A stretch of DNA of 64,000 nt. Source: Alphaproteobacteria bacterium (GTDB lineage: Bacteria > Pseudomonadota > Alphaproteobacteria > MPNO01 > UBA830). A model generated the notes under the pieces. That model did no database searches. It was not told the origin of the DNA and saw only the letters and a program-made list of their open reading frames with translations. This document shows, in pieces, positions 52,277 through 64,000 of this stretch (position 1 is the first letter of the stretch; the number at the start of each line of letters is the position of its first letter). Both the position numbers and the translations under genes were made by a program. Location: the NCBI GenBank assembly GCA_964291215.2, contig OZ219790.1:544001-608000 (forward strand), given 5' to 3'.

Positions 52277-53394
52277 TCGGCGTCCATCTCGATCCGGTGG
52301 ACACATGGTTCTTCCGCGGCGGCACGCCGTTCGCGAGCGATGCGGCGCCGCAGGACGATGTGGAAAGCCTGTTCCCACCGCACCCGGCGACGACCGCCGG
52401 CGCCCTGCGGGCGGCGCTGGCGCTGGCCCGGGGCTGGGACGGCCGCGGCCGGTGGCACAAATCGTTCGACGATGTTCTCGGCAACGGTCCGGAAAACCCC
52501 GGCAGGCTTTCCTTCGACGGGCCGTTTCTCCTGCGGTGCGGGAAGCCGCTGTTCCGTTCCCCCCGCCATCTGCTCGGCGTCAGGGAAGCGAACGGATGGC
52601 AGCCGTATGCACTGCTCCGGCCGGGGCCGCCGGTTCGCTGCGACCTCGGCAAGGCGATTCGCCTCCCCGACCTGCCCGAAGGAAGCAAGACAGGCGCAAA
52701 GCTTCAGGCCGGCGACCGGGAATGGCTCACGCTGGAAGGTCTGACCTCCGTCTTGCGGGGCGCGGTCCCGGAAGCGAGCGAGATCGTGGAGGACAAGGCG
52801 CTATGGTCGGCCGAGGAACGCATCGGCCTTGCGCGCGACAGGGACACCCGCAGCGCGAAGGAAGGCATGCTCTACAGCACCCGCCATGTGCGTCCCGGAC
52901 GCGGCGTTTCCCTCGGCATGCGCATTGCTGGCCTGCCTGCGGACTGGCCTCGGCCATTCGATCGGCTGGTTCCCCTGGGCGGTGAGAACCGGGTGGCGCA
53001 CTGCCGGGAATGGCAGGGCTGCGCGGGCCTCGATACGCTTCCGGTGCCGGGCGGACCGAGAGGACAGGCGGTGCTGGTGGCCTTGACGCCGCTCGACCTG
53101 GAAGAAGCGGTCGTTCGTGGCGAACGCCCGCTCGACGCGCCGAACGGCACCAGGATCGTCTCGGCCTGCCTGGACCGCCCGCAGCGCATCGGCGGCTGGG
53201 ATTCGCTGGCGCGCCGCCCGCTGCCGCTCCGCAGCGTGCTGGCGCCGGGCAGTGTGCTGTTCTGCGAAATACCGGAAAACGCACGGGAGGCCGGCACCGG
53301 CGGCGGGATTCTGCGCCTCGGGGCGCGGACGACCTGGGGTTTCGGCCTCGTCGCGGCCGGCGTCTGCCCTAAGGATCGGGAGGAAGAGGCATGA
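52273..53394 (+). CDS. cmr3: Type III-B Cmr3
   Basis: PVDTWFFRGGTPF, LGGENR, GGWD...PGSV, WGFG. Confidence 0.95.
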   Translation: MIGVHLDPVDTWFFRGGTPFASDAAPQDDVESLFPPHPATTAGALRAALALARGWDGRGRWHKSFDDVLGNGPENPGRLSFDGPFLLRCGKPLFRSPRHLLGVREANGWQPYALLRPGPPVRCDLGKAIRLPDLPEGSKTGAKLQAGDREWLTLEGLTSVLRGAVPEASEIVEDKALWSAEERIGLARDRDTRSAKEGMLYSTRHVRPGRGVSLGMRIAGLPADWPRPFDRLVPLGGENRVAHCREWQGCAGLDTLPVPGGPRGQAVLVALTPLDLEEAVVRGERPLDAPNGTRIVSACLDRPQRIGGWDSLARRPLPLRSVLAPGSVLFCEIPENAREAGTGGGILRLGARTTWGFGLVAAGVCPKDREEEA

Positions 53395-54209
53395 ACGCAA
53401 CGATACTGGGCCTGCTGGCCGAAACCCCCATCCACCCCGGAAGCGGCCGCAGCATGGGGGTCGTCGACCTGCCCGTGGCCCGCGAGGCGGCGACCGACTA
53501 TCCGGTGCTCGTCGGCTCCGGCCTCAAGGGCGCGCTGCGCGACAAGGCCGGGAGGGCGGCGCTGGACACCCATCGCCATTTCGGCAGGCCCGACCATGCG
53601 GGCGAGCTTCTGGTCTCCGACGGGCGACTGCTGTTGCTGCCGGTGCGCAGCCTGACCGGACGCTATCGCTGGACGACCTGCCCGCACCTGATCGAACGCT
53701 TCGGCCGCGACCTTGCCCGCGCCGGCTTCGCGGCGCAACCGCAGGTTCCGGCAGTAGAACGCGATGCGGTGCTGGCGGGCGGCAGCAAGACGCTGTTTCT
53801 GGAAGAGCGGCAGTTCAGCATTGCCGGTGCGCCGCCGGCCGATCTTTTGGATGCCATCGGGCCGCTGCTGCGCCATCGGGAGACTCAGGCCCGCCTCGCC
53901 GCGCAGGTCGCCATCCTGCGTGACGACGATTTCGCCTGGTTCGCGCGCTACGGCCTCGCCATCCAGGCGCGCAACGTTCTCGACGACGGCACCAAGCAGA
54001 GCAGAGATCTGTGGTACGAGGAATCGCTCCCGCCGGATACGGTCATGTACGCCCTGGTCGCGGCGCGCGGCGAGTACGACGCGGGCGAGGCGCTCCGCGG
54101 GCTGTTCCCGGAAAACGACCCGTATCTGCAGGCCGGCGGCAACGAGACGGTAGGGCAGGGCTGGTTCGCCGTGCGCGTCCACGGCAGCGGCGAAGAGGGC
54201 ACTCAATGA
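53391..54209 (+). CDS. cmr4: Type III-B Cmr4
   Basis: IHPGSG...VVDLPVARE (catalytic Asp present), GSGLKGALR, GGNETVGQG. Confidence 0.96.
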   Translation: MNATILGLLAETPIHPGSGRSMGVVDLPVAREAATDYPVLVGSGLKGALRDKAGRAALDTHRHFGRPDHAGELLVSDGRLLLLPVRSLTGRYRWTTCPHLIERFGRDLARAGFAAQPQVPAVERDAVLAGGSKTLFLEERQFSIAGAPPADLLDAIGPLLRHRETQARLAAQVAILRDDDFAWFARYGLAIQARNVLDDGTKQSRDLWYEESLPPDTVMYALVAARGEYDAGEALRGLFPENDPYLQAGGNETVGQGWFAVRVHGSGEEGTQ

Positions 54210-54606
54210 GAAACCTTGAACAGCAGCGCGCCGCCTGCGCCCTCGAACGGGTCGCTGCGCTCGAAAACAAGTCCGACGAATTCAAGAAACGGTATCGCGC
54301 CTATGTGGACCGCCTCGGCCCCGCCATCATAATGAACGGTCTGGGGCAGGCGCTTGCGACCGAACGCGCCGCTGCGGGTTCAGACCCGAAGAATGACCGT
54401 CAAGCTGCGCACAAGACGCTCTATGACAATCTGCAGCGCTGGCTCTGCCGGAACGGCGGCGTCTACCTGCCCGGCGACCTGCTGAAGGCGATCGTGCAGT
54501 GCGACCAGCCAGACTATCTCCGCGCCCAGGCCGAGGCTCTGGCATGGCTCGAATGGCACAAGAAATGTTGCCGTGCGGCGTTGCCGTCCGCCCAAGGAGG
54601 AGGCGA

Positions 54607-54610
<4 letters not shown>
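54206..54610 (+). CDS. cmr5: Type III-B Cmr5
   Basis: LEQQRA, IIMNGLGQALA, EALAWLEWHKK. Confidence 0.93.
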
Positions 54611-55719
<1,109 letters not shown>

Positions 55720-55829
55720 AGCGACGAAATCATGTTGCGAACTATACGGAAAGTCATCGTTGGCGCCCGACATCCGCGATCTTTCAACCGGACATGATCG
55801 AATCTGTGTTCATGAGGCCGCACGTTGTG

Positions 55830-56575
55830 GCCCATGAGGATCGGCTTTCGACGCCGAGCGCGCTGTCGCGCGGGCTGAACCCGCTGCCACAGGCGTCGCA
55901 ATGATATCAGGCCCACTCCGGGGTCAGCGGCCCAAGGGCCGTCGTGCCGGCCTTATCCCGCGGCCCGGCACGGTGCGCGTCGGCGCGCAAGCGCAGGGCA
56001 GCCGCCGCTCCGCGCCGCCCGAGAGGTCGGCGTTCAGCCGGTCGATGTTGGCCGCGACCTCCGTCCCGATCGCCGCCGTGAAGACCCCCTTTTTTGGGCT
56101 CCGAAGCCCGCTTCTCCTGGCGCCTGGCCTCGGCTAGGGACTCACTGGCCGCCACAAAGGCCGATACCACGCCCCGGAAGCGCCGGTGCTCGTCCAGAAG
56201 ACCCCGGACCTCCTCGACCTCGTCCCGGCGCAACCGCGTCGACGAGATCTTGCCGTCGATCGATCTGGTCAGGATGGTTCCGGGATGGCGCGCCGCGTCA
56301 TCCTCGGCGCAGCGGCAGTTCGGCTTGCCGCAGCGGGTGAGGTTTTCCTGCAGAGACCCCGGACGCATGTCGCCGATCGTCTGGAATTCCTCCCTGGCCC
56401 GGTCGCGGGCCTCGATGAGCTTTTCGATGTCTACCATGTGAACCGTCCTCCTTCACGATCGTGGGACAGGGACCGCGCCCCGCTATCTAGTCTAAGTAGA
56501 TTATACCAGATAAGCGAACAAAACATCGCCACTTCGCCATTCTCAAAAAACCGAACAATATATTGTCGTGCACCC
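55830..56575 (-). mobile_element. Truncated ISKra4-like element: DUF6788-like ORF plus transposase N-terminal remnant
   Basis: GDMRPGSL...RCGKPNCRC...H from 56437; then RLNAD, LGPLT, YHCDACGSGFSPRDSALG in broken frames; end GGGTGCACGACAA. Left boundary approximate. Confidence 0.75.
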
Positions 56576-56707
56576 TCTCGGGCGGCACCGGTTGCCTTCC
56601 CGGAACGCTTCTGGCATCTTGCGCGCCATCTTGGCTGGCTCCTTCGGCGCAATCCACGCCCTTTTCCCTGCCGGAGCCCGAAGACCCTTCACACGAGGAA
56701 CTCGATC

Positions 56708-58816
56708 ATGGAAACAGGATACTGGATCGTCATTGCCTGCGGCATCCTCGCCGTGCTCTACGGCCTGTACGCAAGCCGCTCCGTGCTGGCGGCATCGGCC
56801 GGCAATGACAGGATGCAGGAAATCGCCGGCGCCGTTCAGGAAGGCGCGGCGGCCTATCTCAATCGGCAGTACATGACGATCGGCGCCGTCGGAATCGCCG
56901 TCGGGATCATTCTCGGCCTGCTGCTCGGAATATATTCCGCCATCGGCTTCTTCATCGGCGCGATACTCTCCGGTGCCGCCGGCTATATCGGAATGAATAT
57001 TTCGGTACGCGCCAACGTGCGGACCGCCGACGCGGCCCGGACTGGGGGCCTTGGCCCGGCGCTTGCCATCGCCTTCAAGTCAGGCGCAGTCACCGGGATG
57101 CTGGTGGTCGGGCTCGGACTCCTCGGCGTCAGCATCTACTACATCATTCTGCGCGGTGTCTTCGACCCCGCGTCAGCGAGCGGACTTTGGCACATTCTCG
57201 AAGGCCTCGTTGCTCTCGGCTTCGGGGCCTCGCTGATTTCGATCTTCGCTCGTCTCGGCGGCGGCATCTTCACCAAGGGTGCCGATGTCGGCGCCGATGT
57301 CGTCGGCAAGATCGAAGCCGGAATTCCCGAGGATGACCCGCGCAACGCGGCCGTCATCGCCGACAATGTCGGTGACAATGTCGGCGATTGTGCAGGCATG
57401 GCCGCGGATCTGTTCGAAACCTATGCCGTCACCGTGGTCGCGACGATGCTCGTCGGCGCTGTATTCTTCTCCGGCGAACTCCGCGAAACCATGCTTCTCC
57501 TGCCGTTGCTGATCGGCGCGGTCTGCATCGTGGGATCGGTCATCGGCACCTTTTTCGTCCGCCTGGGCGCCAGCAACAACATCATGGCAGCACTCTACAA
57601 GGGCTTCATCGCCTCTGCAGTCATCTCTGCGGTGCTGATCGCGCTGGTCATCTACTGGGTCTTCGGCAGCTACACCGCCGAGATTGCAATCGGCGACGAG
57701 ACGATACAGCCTCGTCACCTGCTCTATTGCGGACTGGTCGGGCTCGGCGTAACCGGCCTGATCGTGTGGATCACGGAATACTATACCGGCACCCAGTACC
57801 GTCCCGTCCGGAGCGTCGCCAAGGCCTCGGAAACTGGCCATGCCACCAATGTCATCCAGGGACTCGCGGTCTCGATGGAAGCGACCGCGCTCCCGGTCAT
57901 CGTCATCGCTGCCGGAATCCTGATTGCCTATTTTGCCGCCGGCCTTTACGGGCTCGCGATCGCAGCGACCACGATGCTCGCGCTCGCCGGCATGGTCGTC
58001 GCCCTCGACGCCTACGGGCCGGTGACTGACAACGCGGGCGGCATAGCAGAGATGGCGGAACTGCCGGAAGAGGTGCGCAACAATACCGACGCTCTCGATG
58101 CTGTCGGCAACACCACCAAGGCGGTTACCAAGGGCTACGCCATCGGCTCTGCGGGCCTCGCCGCTCTGGTGCTGTTCGCAGCCTATACCGAGGAAATCAA
58201 GATTCGCCTGCCCGAAATCGCCTCGACCGTCCAGTTCCAGCTCCAGGACCCCTATGTCGTGATCGGCCTCTTCATCGGCGGTCTCCTTCCCTACCTGTTC
58301 GGCTCGCTCAGCATGATGGCCGTCGGCCGCTCTGCCGCCGCCGTGGTGGTCGAGGTGCGCCGCCAGTTCCGGGAGATCACGGGAATCATGGAGGGTGAGG
58401 CGCGACCGGAATACGGCCGGGCCGTCGACCTGCTCACCAAGGCCGCGATCAAGGAAATGATCGTGCCTTCGCTGCTGCCGGTGCTTGCCCCGGTCGTCGT
58501 CTATATCGTGATCTATCTGATCGGCGGCGCGGCAGCCGCCCTGACCACGCTCGGCGCCCTGATGCTTGGCACCATCGTGACCGGCCTGTTCGTGGCACTG
58601 TCGATGACTTCGGGGGGGGGCGCCTGGGACAACGCCAAGAAATTCATCGAGGACGGCAACCACGGCGGCAAGGGTTCGGACGCCCATGCCGCCTCGGTGA
58701 CGGGCGACACCGTCGGCGATCCCTACAAGGATACTGCCGGGCCCGCCGTCAATCCGATGATCAAGATCATCAACATCGTGGCGCTGCTGCTGCTTGCGGT
58801 CGTGGGTTCCGCTTAG
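56708..58816 (+). CDS. hppA: Membrane-bound H+-translocating pyrophosphatase, K+-independent type
   Basis: [26 protein letters not shown] (Lys at the K+-independence position). Confidence 0.96.
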   Translation: METGYWIVIACGILAVLYGLYASRSVLAASAGNDRMQEIAGAVQEGAAAYLNRQYMTIGAVGIAVGIILGLLLGIYSAIGFFIGAILSGAAGYIGMNISVRANVRTADAARTGGLGPALAIAFKSGAVTGMLVVGLGLLGVSIYYIILRGVFDPASASGLWHILEGLVALGFGASLISIFARLGGGIFTKGADVGADVVGKIEAGIPEDDPRNAAVIADNVGDNVGDCAGMAADLFETYAVTVVATMLVGAVFFSGELRETMLLLPLLIGAVCIVGSVIGTFFVRLGASNNIMAALYKGFIASAVISAVLIALVIYWVFGSYTAEIAIGDETIQPRHLLYCGLVGLGVTGLIVWITEYYTGTQYRPVRSVAKASETGHATNVIQGLAVSMEATALPVIVIAAGILIAYFAAGLYGLAIAATTMLALAGMVVALDAYGPVTDNAGGIAEMAELPEEVRNNTDALDAVGNTTKAVTKGYAIGSAGLAALVLFAAYTEEIKIRLPEIASTVQFQLQDPYVVIGLFIGGLLPYLFGSLSMMAVGRSAAAVVVEVRRQFREITGIMEGEARPEYGRAVDLLTKAAIKEMIVPSLLPVLAPVVVYIVIYLIGGAAAALTTLGALMLGTIVTGLFVALSMTSGGGAWDNAKKFIEDGNHGGKGSDAHAASVTGDTVGDPYKDTAGPAVNPMIKIINIVALLLLAVVGSA

Positions 58817-58860
58817 GTGCCGGTTCGGAGCGCATCGGAAACCTTGGACGACGCGCGCGG

Positions 58861-59346
58861 TCAGCGCCCCTCGACGCCGCCGAATCGTCCAAGGTTGCCG
58901 ATAAGCTGCTGCAGAAGGCTGAAGCTCCGGCCACGGGTTTCGGTCTCACGAGCGATCACGGCAACATCGCGCCCGTCGTCCTTGTCGAGGTGGTCGATCT
59001 CGCTGACCACATCGTCATCGTTGAAGCGGATCACGAGCAGATCACGCTTCACGAGTTCAGGATCGAAGAACATGAACTTCTCGACGGTCGATCCGAGGTA
59101 GTACCACGAATTCCTGTCGAACGTGGCTACCGCAGCCGGCGTGCCGAGGCGATTCAAGACCTGGGCCCGGGTGGTCGATCCAACCTCGATCGATGCAACC
59201 TCCTTGGACTTCGGAACGTTACCGTGTTCGTTCAGATTGCCGGCACAGCCGGCACAGCCGATCAGGAGCACAGCGGCCAGCAAAGCAGCGGGGCGGAATC
59301 TCGTCTGCCGCGCACCGGCCGCATGCGGTTGACCAATTTCATCCAT
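58861..59346 (-). CDS. bamE: Outer membrane assembly lipoprotein BamE
   Basis: Lipobox-like CAGC, TRAQVLNRLGTP, WYYL; conserved alphaproteobacterial context. Confidence 0.88.
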   Translation of the reverse strand: MDEIGQPHAAGARQTRFRPAALLAAVLLIGCAGCAGNLNEHGNVPKSKEVASIEVGSTTRAQVLNRLGTPAAVATFDRNSWYYLGSTVEKFMFFDPELVKRDLLVIRFNDDDVVSEIDHLDKDDGRDVAVIARETETRGRSFSLLQQLIGNLGRFGGVEGR

Positions 59347-59445
59347 GGACTTACCTCTGCTACCGTGCTGAGCCGCAACGGCCATTCTCGACATTAACTG
59401 GCCTGCTGCCCGCCTGCTGTCAATACCGTTCCGGATCCGCCGACC

Positions 59446-59985
59446 ATGCCGCTCCAGTCCGTGTTCAAGCGCAACCGACCCGTCGAACCGGCACGCAGGA
59501 TCTATGCCGTCATCGTGCGCCAGGCACGATGCGAACCCTTCTACCGCGATTTCGGCATTCCGGACACCGTCGACGGGCGGTTCGAGATGATCGTGCTGCA
59601 CGCGTTCCTGGTGCTGCGGCGCCTGAAAACCGACGGCGGCGCAACCGATTCGCTCGGACAGGAACTATTCGACGTAATGTTCGACGACATGGACGTCAAT
59701 CTTCGGGAAATGGGCGCCGGCGACATGGGCGTCGGAAAGCGGGTGCGGAAGATGGTACAGGCATTCTATGGCCGTCTTGCAGCCTATGACGATGCTCTCG
59801 ATCGGGAAGACGACGGCCTTGCGGAAGCGCTGGTGCGCAACCTCTACGGCACCGTCGCGACGCCACCCGACGACGGTGTCGAGATGCTGGCCGAATATGT
59901 CCGCCGCCAGGCACAACATATCGAAGCCGTCGAAACGGAACTGGTGCGAAGCGGCGACTTTGCATTCGCGGAAGTACTGCCATGA
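59446..59985 (+). CDS. Ubiquinol-cytochrome c chaperone (Cbp3 family)
   Basis: PDTVDGRFEMIVLH, LREMGAGDMGVGK, AFYGR. Confidence 0.92.
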   Translation: MPLQSVFKRNRPVEPARRIYAVIVRQARCEPFYRDFGIPDTVDGRFEMIVLHAFLVLRRLKTDGGATDSLGQELFDVMFDDMDVNLREMGAGDMGVGKRVRKMVQAFYGRLAAYDDALDREDDGLAEALVRNLYGTVATPPDDGVEMLAEYVRRQAQHIEAVETELVRSGDFAFAEVLP

Positions 59986-60530
59986 CGTCCACGCCACAGC
60001 CCGAATTCTCCCACGTGGTCGATCTGGCAGAACTGCCGCGCGACGGCGGAACGTGGGAGCTGTCGGCGACCCACGGGGAGCGGGCCGCGATAGCCGAACG
60101 CCTCGGCCTGCTTGCGCTCGACCGGCTTGACGCACACATCCGGCTTTCGTGGATCATTCATCCCCGTACCCTCCATGCAACCGGTCAGTTTCGTGCCCGG
60201 ATCCTGCAGTCCTGCGTGGTCACGCTAGAACCGGTGTCGGCCGATCTCGAAACAGCTTTCGACATCCTGTTCACGCGTGACGCCAAGCCCGCGGAACCGG
60301 GCTGGGACGCGGCCGAACCGCTGGCTACCGATCTGCTCGACATCGGCAATCTGGTGGCAGAAGAACTCTCCCTGAATCTGGATCCCTATCCACGGTCGTC
60401 CGACATCGACCCGGCCTCGCTTGGGCTCGGACCGGGCATAACCCTGTCCACGGACGAGGGCCACGACATGTCGGAGCCTGTGCGCAACAATCCGTTTGGA
60501 GCGCTGGATAAAATGAAGGGAAAAAGCTAA
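59982..60530 (+). CDS. yceD: YceD/DUF177 protein
   Basis: [27 protein letters not shown]; upstream of rpmF. Confidence 0.9.
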   Translation: MTSTPQPEFSHVVDLAELPRDGGTWELSATHGERAAIAERLGLLALDRLDAHIRLSWIIHPRTLHATGQFRARILQSCVVTLEPVSADLETAFDILFTRDAKPAEPGWDAAEPLATDLLDIGNLVAEELSLNLDPYPRSSDIDPASLGLGPGITLSTDEGHDMSEPVRNNPFGALDKMKGKS

Positions 60531-60615
60531 AATAGCCTGCAGGCGATTATCCCGAACCGTGATTTCGCCTACCAATCCCCCGTCACGACACCCAGACCGT
60601 CGAGATCACACAGCC

Positions 60616-60798
60616 ATGGCCGTACCCAAGAAAAAAGTCTCAAAATCCAGACGAAACATGCGACGGGCGCATGACGCGCTGAAGCCAAGCGCATACGTCG
60701 AGTGCCCCGAGTGCGGCGAAATCAAGCGCCCGCACCATATCTGCCCATCCTGCGGCTTCTACGACAAACGGGAAGTGATTGCCAATGCCGGCGACTGA
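60616..60798 (+). CDS. rpmF: 50S ribosomal protein L32 (four-Cys form)
   Basis: [19 protein letters not shown]...CPECG...CPSCG. Confidence 0.97.
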   Translation: MAVPKKKVSKSRRNMRRAHDALKPSAYVECPECGEIKRPHHICPSCGFYDKREVIANAGD

Positions 60799-60821
60799 GC
60801 CGGCAGCCAGGAGCTGAGCCC

Positions 60822-61880
60822 GTGGCTTCCCGCGACCTGACCATTGCCGTAGACGCGATGGGCGGCGACGACGCGCCGCGGATGGTCGTTCGTGGCGCCG
60901 ACATGGCGCGCCGCCGATTCCCGGACATGCGGTTCCTGATGTTTGGCGACGAGAACCGTATCCGACCCCTTCTCAAGCGGCGGCGAAAACTGACCGACAT
61001 AACCGACATCACCCACACCGGAGATATCATCGAGGGCGGGATGTCGGTTTCCGAGGCACTACGCAAGGGCCGCGGCTCCAGCATGCAGTTGGCCATCAAC
61101 GCGGTACGCGAAGGACGCGCAGCCGGAGTCGTCTCGGCCGGCAATACCGGCGCCCTCATGGCCATGGCGAAGCTGACCCTGCGCACATTGCCGGGCATTG
61201 ACCGGCCGGCGATCGCCGGTATCTTTCCGACCATGCGCGGTGAAACGGTCATGCTCGACCTCGGCGCCAATCTCGAGTGCCAGACCAGGAACCTCGTACA
61301 GTTCTGCATCATGGGCGACATCTTTGCCCGCACGGTGCTCGGCAACGTCAGCCCGTCCTGCGGGCTTCTGAATGTCGGTTCCGAGGAGATGAAGGGTCAT
61401 GCGGAGATCCGGGAAGCTGCGTCCCACCTCAGAGAACTGTCCGGCTCGCTCAATTTCTACGGCTTCATCGAAGGCAATGACATCGCGGCCGGCACCACAG
61501 ACGTCGTCATTTCGGACGGTTTTTCCGGCAACATCGCCCTCAAGGCCATCGAAGGCACCTCACATCTCGTCACGCGCTTTCTCGGCGAAGCATTCCGGAG
61601 TTCGATCATGTCGCGGCTCGGCTACGTTCTCCTCCGCCGCGGCCTGAAAAAAATGCGCGCGCGCATCGATCCGCGCCGCTACAACGGCGCCATATTCCTC
61701 GGCCTCACCGGGATCGCCGTGAAGAGCCATGGCGGTACTGATGCATTCGGCTTCTCCAACGCAATCGGCGTCGCCGCCGATATGGCGGCGCAGGACGTCA
61801 ATGGGAAGATCACCGACGGCCTCAAGTCGTTCGGACACTACCAACCGGGCCCCGTGGCCGCGGAAGCTGTCGCCTCCTGA
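60822..61880 (+). CDS. plsX: Phosphate acyltransferase PlsX
   Basis: DAMGGD, SAGNTGA, IDRPAI, KSHG. Confidence 0.96.
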   Translation: MASRDLTIAVDAMGGDDAPRMVVRGADMARRRFPDMRFLMFGDENRIRPLLKRRRKLTDITDITHTGDIIEGGMSVSEALRKGRGSSMQLAINAVREGRAAGVVSAGNTGALMAMAKLTLRTLPGIDRPAIAGIFPTMRGETVMLDLGANLECQTRNLVQFCIMGDIFARTVLGNVSPSCGLLNVGSEEMKGHAEIREAASHLRELSGSLNFYGFIEGNDIAAGTTDVVISDGFSGNIALKAIEGTSHLVTRFLGEAFRSSIMSRLGYVLLRRGLKKMRARIDPRRYNGAIFLGLTGIAVKSHGGTDAFGFSNAIGVAADMAAQDVNGKITDGLKSFGHYQPGPVAAEAVAS

Positions 61881-62854
61881 TGACGCGTCGCTCGGTCATC
61901 GCCGGCTGCGGCGCCTACCTGCCAGCCCGGATCGTCACGAATCACGAGCTGGCGCAACGCGTCGACACATCGCACGAATGGATCGTGCAGCGAACCGGCA
62001 TCCATCAACGCCACGTAGCCGACGACGGAGAGAAGACCTCGGATCTCGCGGTTGCCGCGGCGCACGACGCCATCGAGTCATCCGGCTTGTCGGCAGCGGA
62101 CATCGATCTGGTAATCCTCGCGACAGCGACGCCCGACCATACTTTCCCCTCGACCGCGACCATGGTTCAGGCATCACTAGGCATAACGCGGGGCGCAGCT
62201 TTTGACGTGCATGCGGTGTGTTCGGGCTTCATCTATGCCCTGAATGTTGCCGACAATTTCGTGCGCCTTGGCCAGGCCGACAATGTCCTTGTCATCGGCG
62301 CCGAGACCTTTTCCCGCATTCTCGACTGGGAGGACCGTTCGACCTGCGTCCTGTTCGGAGACGGGGCCGGGGCGCTCGTGCTGAGCGCCGCTACGGGTGC
62401 CGGAAACAGCGCGGATCGCGGCGTTCTGGCAACCTGCCTGCATTCCGACGGCCGCCATCATGACCTGCTGTTCGTCGACGGCGGCCCATCTTCGAGCCGC
62501 ACCGTTGGCCATGTGCGCATGGAAGGACGCGAAGTCTTCAAGCATGCGGTCAAGAATCTCTCCAGTGTCATCGGTGAGGTACTCGAGGCGGCACAGCTCG
62601 ACAGAAGCGAGGTGGACTGGCTGGTTCCGCACCAGGCCAATCGCCGCATAATTGCAACCACCGCCAAGAAGCTGGAACTGCCGGATGACAAGATCGTCAT
62701 GACCATAGACAGGCACGGCAACACCTCGGCAGCGTCCGTACCCCTGGCGCTGAATGACGCCGTGCGCGACGGCCGGATTACCACCGGCAATGTCGTTGTT
62801 CTCGAGGCCATGGGCGGCGGTCTGACCTGGGGCGCCAGCGCCATCCGCTGGTAG
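61880..62854 (+). CDS. fabH: 3-oxoacyl-ACP synthase III
   Basis: [26 protein letters not shown]. Confidence 0.97.
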   Translation: MTRRSVIAGCGAYLPARIVTNHELAQRVDTSHEWIVQRTGIHQRHVADDGEKTSDLAVAAAHDAIESSGLSAADIDLVILATATPDHTFPSTATMVQASLGITRGAAFDVHAVCSGFIYALNVADNFVRLGQADNVLVIGAETFSRILDWEDRSTCVLFGDGAGALVLSAATGAGNSADRGVLATCLHSDGRHHDLLFVDGGPSSSRTVGHVRMEGREVFKHAVKNLSSVIGEVLEAAQLDRSEVDWLVPHQANRRIIATTAKKLELPDDKIVMTIDRHGNTSAASVPLALNDAVRDGRITTGNVVVLEAMGGGLTWGASAIRW

Positions 62855-63015
62855 CGCAGAGACAATGCCGGCTATCGCCTTTTCGCTGAAGCCACCCTGC
62901 CACGCGGATACAATTCACCGCCGGGCACCGGCGTTCCTTGCCACATGTGCGCGGCAACCGGTTTGACCGTTTTTCGGATCGCCGATAGGATTCAAAAAAA
63001 GCTGGGAGATAGTAG

Positions 63016-63372
63016 ATGGCGCGACCTAACGTCACACGAGCATTCCTCACCGCGAGGGTTCACCAGAAGTTGGGGCTGTCGCGAAGGGCGTCGGCCCAGC
63101 TGGTCAATGATGTGCTCCAAGAGGTTGCGCAGACGCTCGTCGACGGTGGCAGCGTGAAGATTTCCAAGTTCGGAAGCTTCACGCTGCACCAGAAGCGCGA
63201 GCGCATCGGCCGCAATCCCAAGACGGGAGTGGATGCACGGATCAGCGCCCGCAAGGTTCTCGTGTTCCGGGCCTCGAGGACATTCAAGCACGAGGTCGAG
63301 CGTCAGCTCGCTAAATGGAATGACGATGGATCGGGCCGGGACCCGGAGCCCGGTATGCGGGATCCCGTCTAG
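63016..63372 (+). CDS. ihfA: Integration host factor alpha
   Basis: VKISKFGSF, GRNPKTG; canonical position after fabH. Confidence 0.9.
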   Translation: MARPNVTRAFLTARVHQKLGLSRRASAQLVNDVLQEVAQTLVDGGSVKISKFGSFTLHQKRERIGRNPKTGVDARISARKVLVFRASRTFKHEVERQLAKWNDDGSGRDPEPGMRDPV

Positions 63373-63387
63373 CCGGATTTCGGAAAC

Positions 63388-63867
63388 ATGACCGACGACG
63401 CTTTGCAGCAGGACGACACCAGGTCGCACGGGAAGTCGGCGACGGCGTTCCGGACCATCGGCGAGGCCGCAACGGAACTTGGCGTGCCGCAACACGTGCT
63501 GCGTTTCTGGGAGACCAGGTTCTCACAGATCAGACCGCTGAAACGGATCGGCGGCCGGAGGTACTATCGCCCCGCCGATCTGCAGTTGCTGCGCGGCATC
63601 CGGGAACTGCTGTACACCGACGGCTATACGATTAAAGGCGTGCAAAAGCTCCTGCGCACCGCCGGCACGAAGGCGGTCGTGCTCGACAGGGGATCGGCTG
63701 GCGGCCAACCGGCGACGCTCACGGCCGATGCCGGACCGGACGGCTCGGCCTCCGGACCAACACCGGCCGGACAGCTGTCCGAAGAGACGCAGCAGGCCCT
63801 TCGGTCCATCCGTTCGGAACTTGAGGATCTCCGCGATCTGATCGCGAATCCGCATCGCGGGTCTTGA
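63388..63867 (+). CDS. MerR-family transcriptional regulator
   Basis: FRTIGEAA...HVLRFWE...GGRRYY...GYTIKG. Confidence 0.92.
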   Translation: MTDDALQQDDTRSHGKSATAFRTIGEAATELGVPQHVLRFWETRFSQIRPLKRIGGRRYYRPADLQLLRGIRELLYTDGYTIKGVQKLLRTAGTKAVVLDRGSAGGQPATLTADAGPDGSASGPTPAGQLSEETQQALRSIRSELEDLRDLIANPHRGS

Positions 63868-63911
63868 ACAACGCCACTGTCGCGTCTATTCTCGCCATGA
63901 GTCGCATAGGT

Positions 63912-63988
<77 letters not shown>

Positions 63989-64000
63989 TTCGCGGAGTGA

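Noticed and set aside
56186-56707. 174-aa N-terminal extension of HppA in the ORF track
   Set aside because: It overlaps the IS remnant; ATG 56708 has a GAGGA ribosome site and gives a normal-length protein.

Overview
High-GC alphaproteobacterial chromosomal window; the bamE-cbp3-yceD-rpmF-plsX-fabH-ihfA-merR-tRNA-Pro block supports the taxonomy, and a host-associated lifestyle is only my inference. It has four zones. (1) 1-11.3 kb: nested, micro-deleted insertion sequences (IS630, two IS66, IS30, IS4 with a DUF4338-like domain, IS256) around an intact Rpn nuclease gene, a DUF2285-like remnant and a sacsin-like N-terminal fragment. (2) 11.5-28.2 kb: a small SelW-like selenoprotein missed by the ORF track (CxxU with a SECIS-like hairpin) and a catabolic region (CoA-transferase, thioesterase, three tandem SDRs, an atypical UbiD, a NicX-like/hydrolase/ACAD/ligase/MFS operon, MlaF-like ATPase, TRAP transporter). 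(3) 28.7-56.6 kb: one CRISPR array (97 repeats by hand count), cas2 and cas4/cas1, then a single run of overlapping or abutting genes joining a full type I-G module, a CARF-HEPN-CARF protein and a full type III-B module, with no stand-alone cas6. A degenerate repeat-spacer-repeat unit sits in the divergent cas promoter region. (4) 56.7-64 kb: housekeeping genes. All calls come from reading motifs by eye; no database searches were run.
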